DNA from: the human T2T-CHM13v2.0 reference genome, Homo sapiens
Assembly: GCF_009914755.1 (NCBI RefSeq)
Contig: NC_060925.1
Strand: one strand, 5' to 3'
DNA: 64,000 nt
Below are positions 1 through 13,100 of the stretch, one piece after another. Numbering within the stretch: the first letter of the stretch is position 1; every line of letters begins with the position of its first letter. The notes beneath the pieces are model-generated. The model made no database searches and was not told the origin of the DNA. It worked only from the letters and a program-made list of their open reading frames with translations. Made by a program: the position numbers and the translations under genes.

Positions 1-2239
1 GGCTCAGGCCTCCCTGCAGGGCTGGCTGGGCCGTCACGGCCGGGCCTCTCCTTGGGGACTTGATTTCTCCTCCTGTAGATAATAACCACCCCTCACTTCC
101 CTGCCTCAGGGGTAGAGAAGGTGGCCCTGAGAAGTTGCGTGGTCCTTGACCCAGTGACAGGACTGCTTCAGTCTCTTGGCCAATCTTGCTTGCACTGCCC
201 CAGGGACGGGGGCTCCTTTTCATCCCAAAGTCATCCCAGGGTCTCCGAGCACAGTCACCTTCTTCTCTCAGGGTGTCCTGCAGAGCTCTGGGGTTGGGGC
301 CAGGGTCCCCGGGTCTCCTGTGCCCCCAGCACTGTCGGGTATGAGGTTAACCGGGCTCACCCTGTCCTGGCCCTTGTTCTGCACATACTCTTGTCACCAG
401 CAAATTAATGCAGAGAAGCCATTATTAAATCCCAGCTGTGCACCAGACCCTCTGCTGGGCACTGGGGATACAGGGCCACCAATGTGGTCCCTGCTGTGAC
501 AAGACAGTCACGAAGTAAAGAGGACTCAGGCCCCAGACCCTCCCGCAAGGAGGCCCCATCCTGGAGGAGCGGAGCCTGCCCCAGCTGCCAGGCACGCGAG
601 AAATCCCAGCCCAGCCGCACCAGGACTACTTGAATTCATTTCTGGAAAACGTCAAACATCCACACAAGTGCTCTAGAGAACAGCCTCGGAGCCCCAGAGA
701 ATACCCTGGTGGCCGAGCCTCCAGCGCCGGCATCTCTACTTGCTGTTTCCACACCCTCGGCCCCCTCCAAACCATGGGGCTGCCGGGTTCTTTATTCTGC
801 CCTAAAACTAATGCAACCAGACCCAAGTCCAACCCCAGAGCCGGGCTCCCTGCCCTCCTGTGCGGAAAGGACACGGACACGCCTGGTGGATGGCGTGGCC
901 TGGACAGGGCTGCCTGGCGGCATGTCTGTCTCCTCGGCCTCCCATGGCCCTTCTGCAGGATCCTGTTGCACCCAGGCCTGGGGCCCACGATTAAATCGTG
1001 CATTGGCACTGCAGCATGGGGCCAAGGAGGGGCTGGCAGCTCCTTCCCACTTCACATACGTTTGCATTTCCCCCAGAGACGCGACCACTTAGAAACCTAT
1101 AAATCCCTGGCAGGGCTGCCGGCCTAGGCTAGTATATAAATCAGGACTTGTAAAAGCCTAATGGCCCCCTCTGGGCGGGTGAGACGGGCGTGTGCCAAGA
1201 ATCCTCAGGCGGCGCCCCAGGACTCAAGTCTTGGTCTCTAGCTGCAGATGGGCAGGGGGGCAGGCAGGCGCCGGTGCCACAGACCTGCCTGGAATCCCCG
1301 CTCTGCCCCCTCTCCAACCTCGGGCAAGTCACCCCTGTGAGCCTCAGTTCTCTCCTCAGTACAATGAGGTCACAACCCGTGCCTTGCAGAAGGTCATCAG
1401 CAGGCTGCACAAGCCCTCTAGGAGCCCAGCATTCTTTTCTGGTGGGCTGAAGGGATGGGGGACAGAGCGCAAATGGGGCCCTGAAGCCTGGGCTCTCTGC
1501 TGCCTGCTGCTGGCCTGCCACCTGCTCTGAAACTCAGACAGGTCCCATGCCCCTCCACACCCGTGTCCTCCAACCGCGTTGACGGGTGTTTGCTGTGGTC
1601 CTGCTCTGGGCGAGGGGCTGTGGGGCCAGGTCCTTGTTTCCTCGTTGTCTCTCTGGCTCCACTGATGGGTATAAGAAACAGGTACTGTGTGCTGGCTGTG
1701 TGCCGGGTGCTGGCTGTGTGCCGTGTGCTGTTCCAGGGGCTGGGCAGTCAGCAGTGAAGAGGACAGCTCAGGCCCTGACCTCCTGGGACGGACGTTCTAG
1801 CAGGGGCCTCAGCAGCGCAGTCCCCTCTCAGCAGAGGGGCCTCCCGAGGCCCAAAGCTGCCGGGTCACTCCCCTGACCACCCCCCGGTCGGCTAGATTAG
1901 GGGGCGTGGAGAGAGGCTGGAAGGGGTGGCAGAAACAGAGTCTCTTGGGCCTGGGCTTCCCTTCTGTGCAGTGAGTGGGGTGGGGCTGGTGGTCTCAGTG
2001 GGCCCTCTCAGCCCTTATGGTCCGGGTCCCCTGATAGCTCATGGGGTCCCCAAGGGCCAGCAGGAGCACAGGGAGTCCCTAGAGGACAGGACCAGTGATG
2101 GTGAATCCCAGTGCCCAGCATGGAAGGGACCTGGCCTGGGCACACACACAGGGCAGGAGGGGACCTAATACCCAAGACCTGAGACCCTGGCAGGGTCAGA
2201 GCCTTCCTCCACCCTAGAAGGGTGGAGGAAGGAGAAGGC

Positions 2240-3200
2240 GGGTTTGGGAGGGGTGGGAGGGACAAGGGGCCTGGGGTGGGAGGGACAAAGGGGCTTGGAA
2301 GGGGAAATGTGGAGACAGAGGAGGATGAAGGTGAAGAGCCAGAGAGGAGTGGGTAGGGATGGGGGAGTCAGAGAAGGAAGACAGAGAGGACAGAGGGGGA
2401 CAGAGGAGAGAAGGAGAAGAGGGACAGGGGAGAGAGGAGAAGAGAGGGACAAGGAGGCGGGGGAGGGACAGGGAAAGAGGAGGGGGAGAGGGACAGGAAG
2501 AGAGGGATGAGGGGGATGGGGAGAGAGGAGAAGGGGGAGAGACAGGGAAAGAGGAGAGGGAGGAAGGAGAGGGAGAGAAGAGAGGGATGAGGGGGATGGG
2601 GAGAGAGGAGAAGGGGGAGGGACAGGGAGTAGGGCGAGGGACAGGGAAAGAGGAGAGGGGGGAGGGAGAGGGAGAGAAGAGAGGGGAGGGGGCAGATAGA
2701 GAAGAGAGGGGAGAGAGGCAGATAGAGCGGGGAGGGGGAGAGACAGAGAGGGGAGCGGGAGGGGCAGGCAGAGATGAGAGGGGGAGGGACAGAGAGAGGA
2801 GAGTGGGGAGGGGCAGGGAGAGAGGAGAGGGAAGGGGGCAGGGAGAGAGGAGAGGGGAGAGGGGCAGATAGAGAGGAGGGGGGAGGGACCAGAGAGGAGA
2901 GAGGGGAGGGGCAGGGAGAGAGGGGAGGGGCAGGGAGAGAGGGGAGGGGCAAGGAGAGAGGAGATGGGGAGGGATAGAGAGAGGAGAGCGGGGAGAGGCA
3001 GGGAGACAGGAGAGGGGAGGGGGCAGGGAGAGAGAGGGGAGAGGGGCGGATAGAGAGGAAACGGGGAGGGACAGGGAGAGAGGAGGGGGGAAGGGACAGA
3101 GAGAGAGGAGGAGGAGGGACAGAGAGGAGAGTGGGGAGGGACAGAGAGAGAGAGAGGAGTGGGGAGGGACAGAGAGGGAAGGGCGGGACAGGGAGAGAGA
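2240..3200. repeat. GA-rich low-complexity tract / degenerate tandem repeat
   Basis: ~1 kb of almost pure purines on +, built from variants of GGGAGAGAGGAGAGGGGAGGGGGCA and GGGACAG. Confidence 0.9.
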
Positions 3201-4387
3201 GGGCCCTGATCCCTGATGGAGACAGAGAGACCAAGGCTTCAGGGTGGGGGTGCTGGGCCAATCTAGCTTGAACTTGACAGAGGCCAGGACTGTGGGGGCG
3301 GCCTGGAGTGGCAGGGCTGGAAGGATGCCATGGTCTCCTGTCCATCCTGGGCTCTGTGCCTATGCCCTGGGTTGGACTCGGGGACCCCTGGGTGGACTCA
3401 GCCCCTTGGCTCTATAGACCCTGTGGGGTCCTGGGCTTGTGGCCCCCTAGGGGCTCTCTAGGCCCTGTGAGAAATCTCAGCCCCTCCACCTAACCCCACT
3501 AGCCTCCCTGTGTGACAGTGACAGTCACACCTCCTTGCCAATGGTGGGTCTGGGGGTAATCGCCGTGCCCTGCAGTGGCAGTGGCCAGGCTCCCATGTGC
3601 TGCGGGCTGCAGATCAGGGCTTGGGAGGGGCTTTGGTCTTGGTGTTTTTAAAATAAGGGCTGAAGATAGCACTACGGAGGGAGCTCAGGTCCAGCCCCCG
3701 GGGGTCCTGCCTGGGGACCGGTGTTGCAGTGCTCGCCTTCGCCTTCGATTAGGAGGGAGACCCTGCCGGCGTCGGGGCAGGGCGTCCCGAGTGTGCCAGG
3801 AGGAGCGGGGGCTCAGTGGAGTCCCAGGCAGAAGAGTGAGGAATGGCATTTCCAGATCCCGGTCACCACAGCAGTGGGACCCACCCCCGAGCCCCTCCGT
3901 GCCCTGCCATCCCCTGCGGCCTACTTGTCTCTGCTCTGTCTCGGCCTCTTTGTTTCTCTGCCTTTGTCTCCTTTTCTCCCTCTCTCTGCTCTCTGAAATT
4001 AAATGGGATCCAACTGCCAGCTCCCTGTGTGTTCCCCGCTTGCGGCTCAGCCCCTTTCATTATTAACAGAAATATGTCCTCATGGTGGAGCTTCACGCTG
4101 CTTATCTGGAGTGGATTAAGTGTTCACAGTGACATGCAGTACTGATTCCTCAGCATCCCTGTTCAAGGAGTTTTGCCTCGGCCTAATTAGTTCCATAAAA
4201 TCAGTGGAGGAGGGGATGAGGGGCGAGGGGACCCTGGGTGGCAGGCAGCAGCCCGATGTGCTGTGTGACAATGGGTCGATCCCTCCCTGCTGGAGAATTG
4301 GACTGGGCCACTCTGGGAGGCAGAGGCTGAGAGGTGGTGGGAGCAGGTCGCCCGATTCTGCAAGGGGCAAGACAGTCTGAAGGGTGA

Positions 4388-4830
<443 letters not shown>

Positions 4831-6319
4831 AGCAGGGTTTGGCAGGGAAGACCGTCCTTTTCAGCTCAGGGTGGTCAGGAGTTTCCTGAGGGGACCATGC
4901 TGCGGTGTGGGCCGGGGTGTCTTGAGTGATTCCCCAGCCCCACCCCACGCCGAGTGAGGGAGGAGAGGAGCAGCTCCCAGTCTGGAGTGGGCTGTGTGGA
5001 GAGAGCCACTGGACTGGGCCGAGACCTTCAGTGGAAGACACAGCCACCCAGGGACCTTCCCTCCCACCTCTCTCCCATGCTGGGCTCCTCACTGGCTGGA
5101 GCCAGCCCGGAGCCAGAGGGCAGCGGCCCTAAATGCAGCCCCTACAGGTGGGCCCTGGACACAGAGCAGGCAGAGCGCATGTCTGGAGGGGGCAAGTAGG
5201 ACATGGGTGCAAGAACCTCGTCAGCAGGCTCCTGGGAGGAGGCAGAGAGCAGATCCCCGGGAAGCCCTGCAGGCTGGCATGGCACTGCTGTGTCAGTGGC
5301 ATCGTGGATGATGGGGAGGACCAGGCGCTCATCACGGCTCTGTCACTATGTGGCTAGGTGTTCACTCTGACCCTCAGTCTCCCTCTCTATAAAGAAAGGG
5401 GTTACTGGGCCTTTCATCTTGTTTTGCCTGCCGAAGTCAGCGTGTAATACAAAGAGGCGGCCCTTTGGTGAGGGTGTGAATGCCGGCTGCCCCTCCTCAC
5501 CTACAGAGGAGACAAGAAGACCCCTCCCTAGGCTGTTTCTGGGAGCACCGGGAGGGTGGTAAACATGACCGCCCTTGCATGGTTCCACTCCAGAGGGGAT
5601 GAGGCAGGAATTTTCCTGGATCTTTGTAGCAGGTGATCAGTGTGACACGGTGAGATGCTGGCCATCGTCCAGGTCACCTGCCCAGGCCTGGAGCATGGGC
5701 CTGTTCCTCGTGCTGGATGCTGGAGAGCGAGACGGGGAGATGGGGACAGACCCACGCAAGCCTCGGTCCTCCAGGGTGGGCACAGGGCTTCTGGGACAAA
5801 GGCTGCTCTTGGCACCTGGCCTGTCTGCAGGGACCAGCCTTTGCCCTGGCTTTTTGAGGCTGTTTGGGCTCCATCCCCAGCAAGCTTGCCCTGCCCTCCC
5901 AGTTTTCTCTGTTTGCAGAAGCCCAGACACTAGATTTGAAGCTCGTTCTCCCACCCGCTGAGGAGTCGCTGTAGCAGGTAGAGGCCCAGGTCAGACGGAG
6001 CTGGGTCCCAACTGTGGTCTGACTGTGGGGCCCGGGATCTGAAGCCCGTCGCCGCACCCTCCCAGCCTCAGTTTGCCCACCTGTCCATGGGGATGGGCCT
6101 ACCTCACTGCACAGTCCTGGGACTAGCGCTGGTGTCTGTAAGGACCATAGCGCATGGTGGGGGCCACGTGCCACTGGTTCCCATCCTCGTGGTCAGAACC
6201 CAGGGCCTGAGCTGGTTTCTACGCAGCCTCCCTAGCCCTGAACACCTGGCTCTGTCACCCTCCTCCGAGGCTCTCCCGGTCCCAGCCTCTGGGCTGAATC
6301 ATAAAGCAGAACGAGGACT

Positions 6320-6706
6320 TCACATCTCCTTTCCAGTTTTTAATGTTTTTTCTTGTAAAACCAAAAATATAAAACTGGCAGGGGAACGGAAAACAAGTTC
6401 TGCATATTTTATATACACGAGGTCTGTGATTTCAAAACCACTGCGGGGAGGAACGGGAAGACAAGATCGAGGGAATGTTACAGGGCCACAGATCCTGGCG
6501 GGCACCTCTGTGCGCCCAGCTCAAGCTCGGATGGCGGCTCCCTGGCAGCGCTGGGTGGGGTGGCAGCGCTGGCTCCCCTGGGTCATGGCCTGGCTGTTCC
6601 GGCTGTGGCCTGGCACTCCTGCTAGGTGCACGGAGGGTGGGAGCGACAGCAGGTGGGCGAGGTGGCATCTGCAGTGCTGGATGGGCAGGCGCATGTGGGG
6701 GCTCCT
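6320..6706 (-). other. GLIS1: GLIS1 3'UTR (3' end approximate)
   Basis: Follows the TGA and becomes AU-rich towards the ATTAAA signal; a GU/U-rich stretch lies downstream at ~6320-6295. Confidence 0.8.
6339..6344 (-). terminator. Polyadenylation signal ATTAAA
   Basis: Plus strand tttaat. It is the first canonical-class hexamer after the stop and sits in a U/A-rich context. Confidence 0.8.
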
Positions 6707-6864
6707 TCAGGTGTCTGTGTAGATGGAGGGGATGTGGCCCAGGCAGTGGTCAAAGGCTCCATTGGGGAAGAAGCCACAGTCCTCGGGGCCGCTGGACACC
6801 ACATCTTCAGATGGCTGCTGTGGCAGCGCTGTGGGGCATGAGGCCTCAGCCAGGGCCTCATAGC
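6707..6864 (-). CDS. GLIS1: GLIS1 terminal exon, coding part (158 nt including TGA)
   Basis: tcacag|GCTATG. Encodes YEALAEASCPTALPQQPSEDVVSSGPEDCGFFPNGAFDHCLGHIPSIYTDT*, with the stop at 6709-6707. Confidence 0.95.
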
Positions 6865-8839
6865 CTGTGAGTGGTTGGGAAAGGGTCAGCGCTGGAGGCA
6901 GCAGGGGCTGTGCCTGCGCATGCTTCCCAGTTCCAGGCCCCACCCCGCCTGCCCAGGGTCATCCCCTCACAGTGTCCCGTCGGTGGGGCCTGCTTGGAGC
7001 CCCCAACTTTTCCAAATGGGGGAGCTGGCCGCTGGGGTGGGGCGAGGGCTTGGGAGGCACCCTGGGCCTGGCACACCCAGGGGGCCCAGGGCAGCTGGGG
7101 AGACAGGCACGGGGTTGACTCAGGGAGGTCCATCACCAGGGCTGGGCTGTGGGGCAGAATGTGGGGGAAAGAGAGGAGCAGGGTAGGAGCAGCTCAGCCC
7201 TTGCCCTCAGGGGCTGGTCCCCTCCTGGTAGAAGGACCAGCTCACCCCCACCCTTTCAGTTGTATCCCCCAACCAGACTCAAGAAACTCAAAGAAGGCCA
7301 CCAGCATTTACTGGGCACTTAGTAAGTGCTCATTTCAGCTTGCCTCGCTTCGGCTCCACAATGCTCCCCTGCGGTGGGATTCACTATCCTATTGTACAGC
7401 TGAGAAGGCAGGCACAGAGGCCAGGATGCTTGCCTAAGGTCACAGTGTGAGTAAGGGGTGGAGCTGGGATTGAACCCAGGTCCATCTGGCTTCAGAGATA
7501 CCTGGCTCTTCCACCGGACATGCTGTCTCCAGGGTGGGGCCACCGCTCAGAGGCCCTTGACTTGGGAGGGGCCGGGAGGGGTGATCTTCTCCAGCCCCTG
7601 CCCGAAAGGCCTGCCAATGAGCTGCTGTCATGCATTTGTGTGGCCTAAGACAGGCGAGCCTCAGTCTACGCAGTGGGGTTGGGCTGAACTGTTCTGAGGC
7701 CTGCAGCCCCTGAAGCTTGTCAGCCTGGATTTCATGCTCTGTGTGTGATTTTTGCTTGACCGGGGAGGTGTGCACAGAAAGGCAGCTGAGCGGGCCTGGA
7801 GTGGGCACTGGGGAGAGGGGAGGCTGAAAGAACCTCCCCTGGCCGGTGTAGGGCCGGGGTGGGGTGTGGAAGCTGCCTCCTGCTCCATTCAGAGCTATTC
7901 ATTCTAAGCCTTGCTGCTCAGCTGAGAAATCCCATGTGGGCTGGATGGGGGTGGGGAGGACAAGATGGGGAGAGCCCACAGTGCTGGGCACCTCAATTCG
8001 GGTATACACAGACACAGAGCACCCGTCTTCCATGTGAGCCCCATGTCACGCAGGGGGCCATGCACACACGTCTATCCCGCGTGGACACGGCACACGTTTA
8101 CCCACGGGCCTGTGGGCACAATCCTCAAACACAGGTGCACACGTGCACACAAGCACACGTCTGTGGAAACAGCCATGAGTCGTGGGGTGGGTGACACAAT
8201 GTGCACACAGATGGGGTTCACGGACATCCACATACACCTGGGGTAATAACATGTGCAGACACGAGAGTGCAGCCCTGCCAGCTCCTGACACTCACGGGGC
8301 GCATGCTGCCCAGAGCCACCTGTGCAAGCCCCGCAAGCACGGGCACACGCAGACACCTGGCACGGGCGCAGGTGTGTGGACGTGGACCCACAGGGTGGTA
8401 TGTGCCCGGCTGAGGCCTCAGTGCTTGTCCCTATATACCTGTCCCTCCACCCTCCCGCTCACTACCTCAAAGCTGCCCCAAGGGCCTCTGGGGCGGGTCT
8501 CAGGTTCCCCTTTGTTGGAGCCCTGGAAACCTCCTGTTAGACCTGGGCCCCGAGGCTGTTTTGAGGGTGGGTCTCAGCTGGAGGAATTCAGGGAGGGTCT
8601 AGCCCCTCCCTTCTGATGCCCCTGCTCTGACTAGGCCTGCCCTGCTGATCGGAGCCTGGTTCCACCTGGGCTGCGGGCACCCTCCCCTCTCCCTGGGCTT
8701 CTCTAGCCAAGCCTGGGGCAGAGCTGGGGAGGCCCAGGGCCCTGCAGGGCAACACCAGGTACCTAAGTGGGGAAGGAACAGCATGACCTCCAGGTTCTGT
8801 CCCCGCCTAATCTCCTGTGCTGCCAAAGGGAGAGCAGGA

Positions 8840-8915
8840 TTTGTTCATTCCCTGCTATATCCCCAGGGTCTGCAGCTATGCCTGGCACACAGTAGGTGCT
8901 CAATAAATAAAGTGA
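8840..8915 (+). mobile_element. L2 3' end fragment
   Basis: cctggcacacagtaggtgctcaataaat is the L2 terminal signature. Confidence 0.7.
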
Positions 8916-9208
8916 AGCAGTAATTAAACCATGAGCTCCCAGTCCGATTCTTCAGAAACCTGCCAGCATTCAGACACACATAAGGCTCGCAAAGCTGTGC
9001 AAGGAGCATGCACTTTCCAGTCAGGCAGGTACAGACAGTTCTGCGGGGTCCTGGGACCTCTCTGAGCCTCTACTTCCCCCTCTGTAAAGTGGGGATGGCC
9101 CCACCACATAAGCATCCAAAGGCTGCAGGACAGCACGTATGCAGCACCCAGCACTGGGTTGAGCCTCGGCAGGTGCCCAGGACTGGGAGCCACGCAGGCA
9201 GGGCTCAC

Positions 9209-9376
9209 CTGTGGCAGGCAAGGGCGTGCTGAGGCTGTGGTAGCCATTGGGCCGCAGGGGGTTGAAACCGTGGGTCTCCCCGACCAGTCCGTCCCCACCG
9301 GCTGCTGGTTCAGCCATCCGGTAGCAGTCGCCATAGGGGAAGCAACTCTGGATGGAGTGGAAACTGCCCTGGTAAC
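9209..9376 (-). CDS. GLIS1: GLIS1 exon, 168 nt, phase 1-1
   Basis: ctgcag|GTTACC ... ACAG|gtgagc. Encodes (G)YQGSFHSIQSCFPYGDCYRMAEPAAGGDGLVGETHGFNPLRPNGYHSLSTPLPAT(G). Confidence 0.94.
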
Positions 9377-9937
9377 CTGCAGACGGGGGTAGCAGGGGCC
9401 GCGTTCACAAAGGAGAAGTGCCCAGGGCAGGGAGGGGAACATCCTTGCTGCACGCTCCACCTCCCGTGTTGTCCTGTCCAGGCATTGTGGGTGTGAGAGA
9501 GAGAGGAGGGCCCAGGGCAGAGGAGGTGCAGGAGGCTGGGGCCCCATTCTCAGCTCCGCCCTGCAGGGAGGGGAGGGCAGGCGAGGGGTGGCTGAGATGG
9601 TCTCACGTGGCTGCTCCTGAGTCACCCGTGGCTGATGCCTACTCCCTCCACTCTCAGGCGCTCAATCCCGCTCACTGGCCTCTCCTCAGGGCAGCGGGCC
9701 TTTGCTGCCTTGTCCAGAACACACTCTTCCTCACTCTCAGAACCAGTTTTGTCCAGGCTGTGCCCTCAGCTGGGCCTCTTATGTCCCCTGTCTCCTAGCT
9801 TCTCTCAGCCCCCAGTGCCCAGCCGGTCATTCTCTGAGTACCTGCCTCCCCCACTAGGTCACTGTCTCCTCGTTCCTCTGGGGTCCCTAAGTGGGAATTG
9901 GGGGGTTATACGGAGCGGGCCCCTGGCCAGAGCTTAC

Positions 9938-10116
9938 CTTGTGGGCTGGGCAGAGGCGGGGGTGGAGGGCTCTGGAAGGGTGGGTAGGACGGCTTGCTGG
10001 GGAGTGTGGGGAAGGGCTGGCCCCCCGGAGAATGGCTCTGAGAGGATGGGGGCAGCGGCGGTGGCCCCAGCCCCTTCAGGGGGCTGACTATTGGTGAGAG
10101 GAGGCCGGGCCCCAAC
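9938..10116 (-). CDS. GLIS1: GLIS1 exon, 179 nt, phase 2-1, proline-rich
   Basis: ctccag|GTTGGG ... CAAG|gtaagc. Encodes LGPGLLSPIVSPLKGLGPPPLPPSSQSHSPGGQPFPTLPSKPSYPPFQSPPPPPLPSPQ(G). Confidence 0.94.
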
Positions 10117-13100
10117 CTGGAGAGAACAGAGGTGCCCATCAGCAGGCAGGGGTCTGGAGGGTGGGGGCCAGAGGCAGGGCTGCTGCGGCTTACACCCCTC
10201 CAGCGACGGGGAGCCCACTCACCAGCTGACCTGCTCCGACTTACAATAGTTAGAAGAGGAGCTTTTATTTTTGGTCATGTTCAAGCCAAACTTTTCAATC
10301 CTGTAAGCTTTGGAGTCTGGTATTTAGGATAGTCAGCAAGAAACACAGGTAAGAGGCACAACCTTTCCAGCTGAGAGAACTGTGTTCAAACCCCTAATTG
10401 CTCCGTTGGCCAACTATTTTGGGCAAGCTGCTCAATGTCTCTGAGCCCTGGTTTCCTGGACGGGCTGCTGGCTCACCACCGGGCACGCTGCAGTGTTCAT
10501 TACCTGCTGGGTGCCCGGCTCTCTGCCTCGTGCATGCCACTCTGGCCACCTGGACGAGGAGCCCTGGAGCAGCCCATGGCACTCACAGTCAGCATTCACT
10601 GAGCCCCTGACTTGCCCCAGGTCCTGGGAGACAGGTGTTCTTGTGTCCTTTTCACAGACCAGAAAACCAAGGCTCAGAGAGCTTTGCCCAAGTTACTCCC
10701 AGCCACACAACATCTCAGGGGTTATGGTGAGGGTGACATTAAAGCAATATAGACAAAGTGTGATGTCCAATACATTCTTAGCCACTCCATCAATCATCAT
10801 CATCATTATGAAGAGGAAGGGAAGAAAAACTAGCAAGTCGGTCCCATGGCCAAGTCGGCATTTTTTTCCTGCACAGTGTACTCTGAGGAACCTTCCGTTT
10901 CCAGCCCTGGCCATCTCTCCTCCACTTGCATACCTCCTGTGATGGGGGCTCACCAGTTGCCTTCATACAGAGCCTGAGGGGGATGCAGGCTCTAGACTGT
11001 GCACTCTGGAAACTCATGTTCTGAAACAAGACTGCAGTGGCTGAGAGCAGCACAGGTGCCCTGAGCCCAGCCCAGCCCGAGGGCCCACTACCTGGACCAC
11101 AGGATGCTGCAGGCCAGGTTCCCTTCTCATGCTACCTTCCTAAGCCCCTGGGCCCCGTTCACAGGGGCTAAAATGACTTTGGGATCAATGGCTTGGGGGC
11201 TCTGGGGACAAGGCTGAAGGCTCCCAGCCTGTAAAGCATTTATGTACATGGCAGAAAGAGGGAGATAGTGAGAGCTCGGAGTCCCCATTTTCTTGTCTGG
11301 ATTTGTGGCTTGTTGGACCATCCACATTAAAATATACAGCGAATTCAATGTCACAGCTCCAGGTGACCTCGTGACCCTTGCCCACCCTCTGAGACACCAA
11401 GTATTGACAAACAGATCAGTGCCTCTCTGAAGGAAGCAGGGCTATCTGGAAATGGGGAAAGCAGATTTGGAGAGAGGCTGGGGTCTCCGCATCTGTGCTG
11501 TGCCAAGTTCCTCTCTGCTCCCTCCAACGTTGGCAGCCCCTCCACTGCCCCTCCAGTCTGCTGTCATCATCCACACGTGTGGGGCCCCCGTCACTGTGAG
11601 CTCGCTGAGGACAGGGGAAGCAGGGCCTCGGTGCTGGGTCCCTGGCCCGGCCACTGATACACTGTGGGTCCCTGTCACTGTTTTAAGTTCATGAGACGAA
11701 TCCTCATCACACCTCCAGGAATAAATTATCATTATCATCATCATTATTTTTAGGCCTGTCTTGTGGGGTGATCAAGTGGGACAGCGTCTTCCTCTATGCA
11801 CTAGAAACCGTGGACAGCTGTGCACGAGCTGTGTGTTCTCATGACCAGTTCTGGCTGAAGCTGGGCTGGGGCCTGGCCGGAGAGTGGCTCCTCCTTCCTG
11901 CAGGCCTGCTGTGTGGTGGCTGCCTTATCCCCATCCCATCTGGGCACCCACAACCCAGCCCTCCCCTGGTTTCCTGAAGCCCCTGTAGGGAGGGCCAGGT
12001 CTTGGCCCTTCTCGGTCACCCGGTGCCCAGCGCTGGGCATGGCACACAGTGAAAAACCAATGACACTAATAAATGAGTTTCTGAATCTCTCAGTTGCAAA
12101 TCCCAGAGATTAACAGCATTGCAGGATTAAGATGAACCAGATATGAAGGGGAAAAAACATGTGTTTTCAAAAGTTTGTTTTTCCTGTCTCACTCCACCAT
12201 AAATTCACATTTGCCACCTTCACAGCTGGTGAAATTAAACAGAACACAACTCTCTCCACAGCAGACATGACGCCTGAGGCTATGCTGCTCTACCTGAACC
12301 CTTTAAAAGGCAAAAAAGATCTTCTGGAGCTCCTCCTCTGAGTCATGCAAATGATTCCTAAATCAAATATTTTTGCTTCAACTGGAACCTATAAAAATTA
12401 ATATAAAACCTCACTAGCCTGGCAGACTGAGGGCTTCATACCTCGCACAAGGCTGGGAAAAAAAATACCCTATTCGGCGTCTTCTCTGAGCCAGGGTAAA
12501 TAAATTTGGTCATGAAGTCAGGCCCTCTTAGCATATTTTTGAGTGAATCAGATAATTCTGTCAAGCTATTTAAACGTCCCAGCAAACCACTGGGGAGCCA
12601 CGAGTGGCCGTTCCTTGTTGACTTTGGCAGGAAGTGGAGGCTGAAGGCCCTTTCCCCACTCTCTTCTCAGGGGATGAAAAAAGAAACCCATTCACGCTGG
12701 GCCTGGGCCTGGTGTCAGGCACGAGGACGCTTCTCTCCTGCAGCTGGACCCGAGGCTCCTACCCGCAGGCAGGGGTGGGCAGGCGGGGGTCCCGTCTTGT
12801 CATCACTCTGCTTCTCACTGCAGAATTCTTGACGGGCACTTATGCAGGCGGCAGGCAGGTGATGAATGAGGCGGAGCAGAGTGCACGGGCCCAAGCAGCG
12901 AACGGCCTTCGTGGTTTATTTTCCTTTGGTTGGAGATGTTTTTCGGCTGGTTGGTGGGTGAGCAGGTGGCCTGAGCAGCTATGGGTGGGGGCGGGGACCA
13001 TCGTAGTAGAGCCTGTGCCAGGTGAGGCACACAGTGTCAGGCGTGTGTACGGCCCTCACCACCTTCCTCAGGGAGGGCCTTATAATGCCTTTCACAGAAG

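Noticed and set aside
2359-3345. 325-aa Pro/Ser/Leu and 170-aa Gly/Glu/Arg ORFs
   Set aside because: Low-complexity purine tract artefacts.
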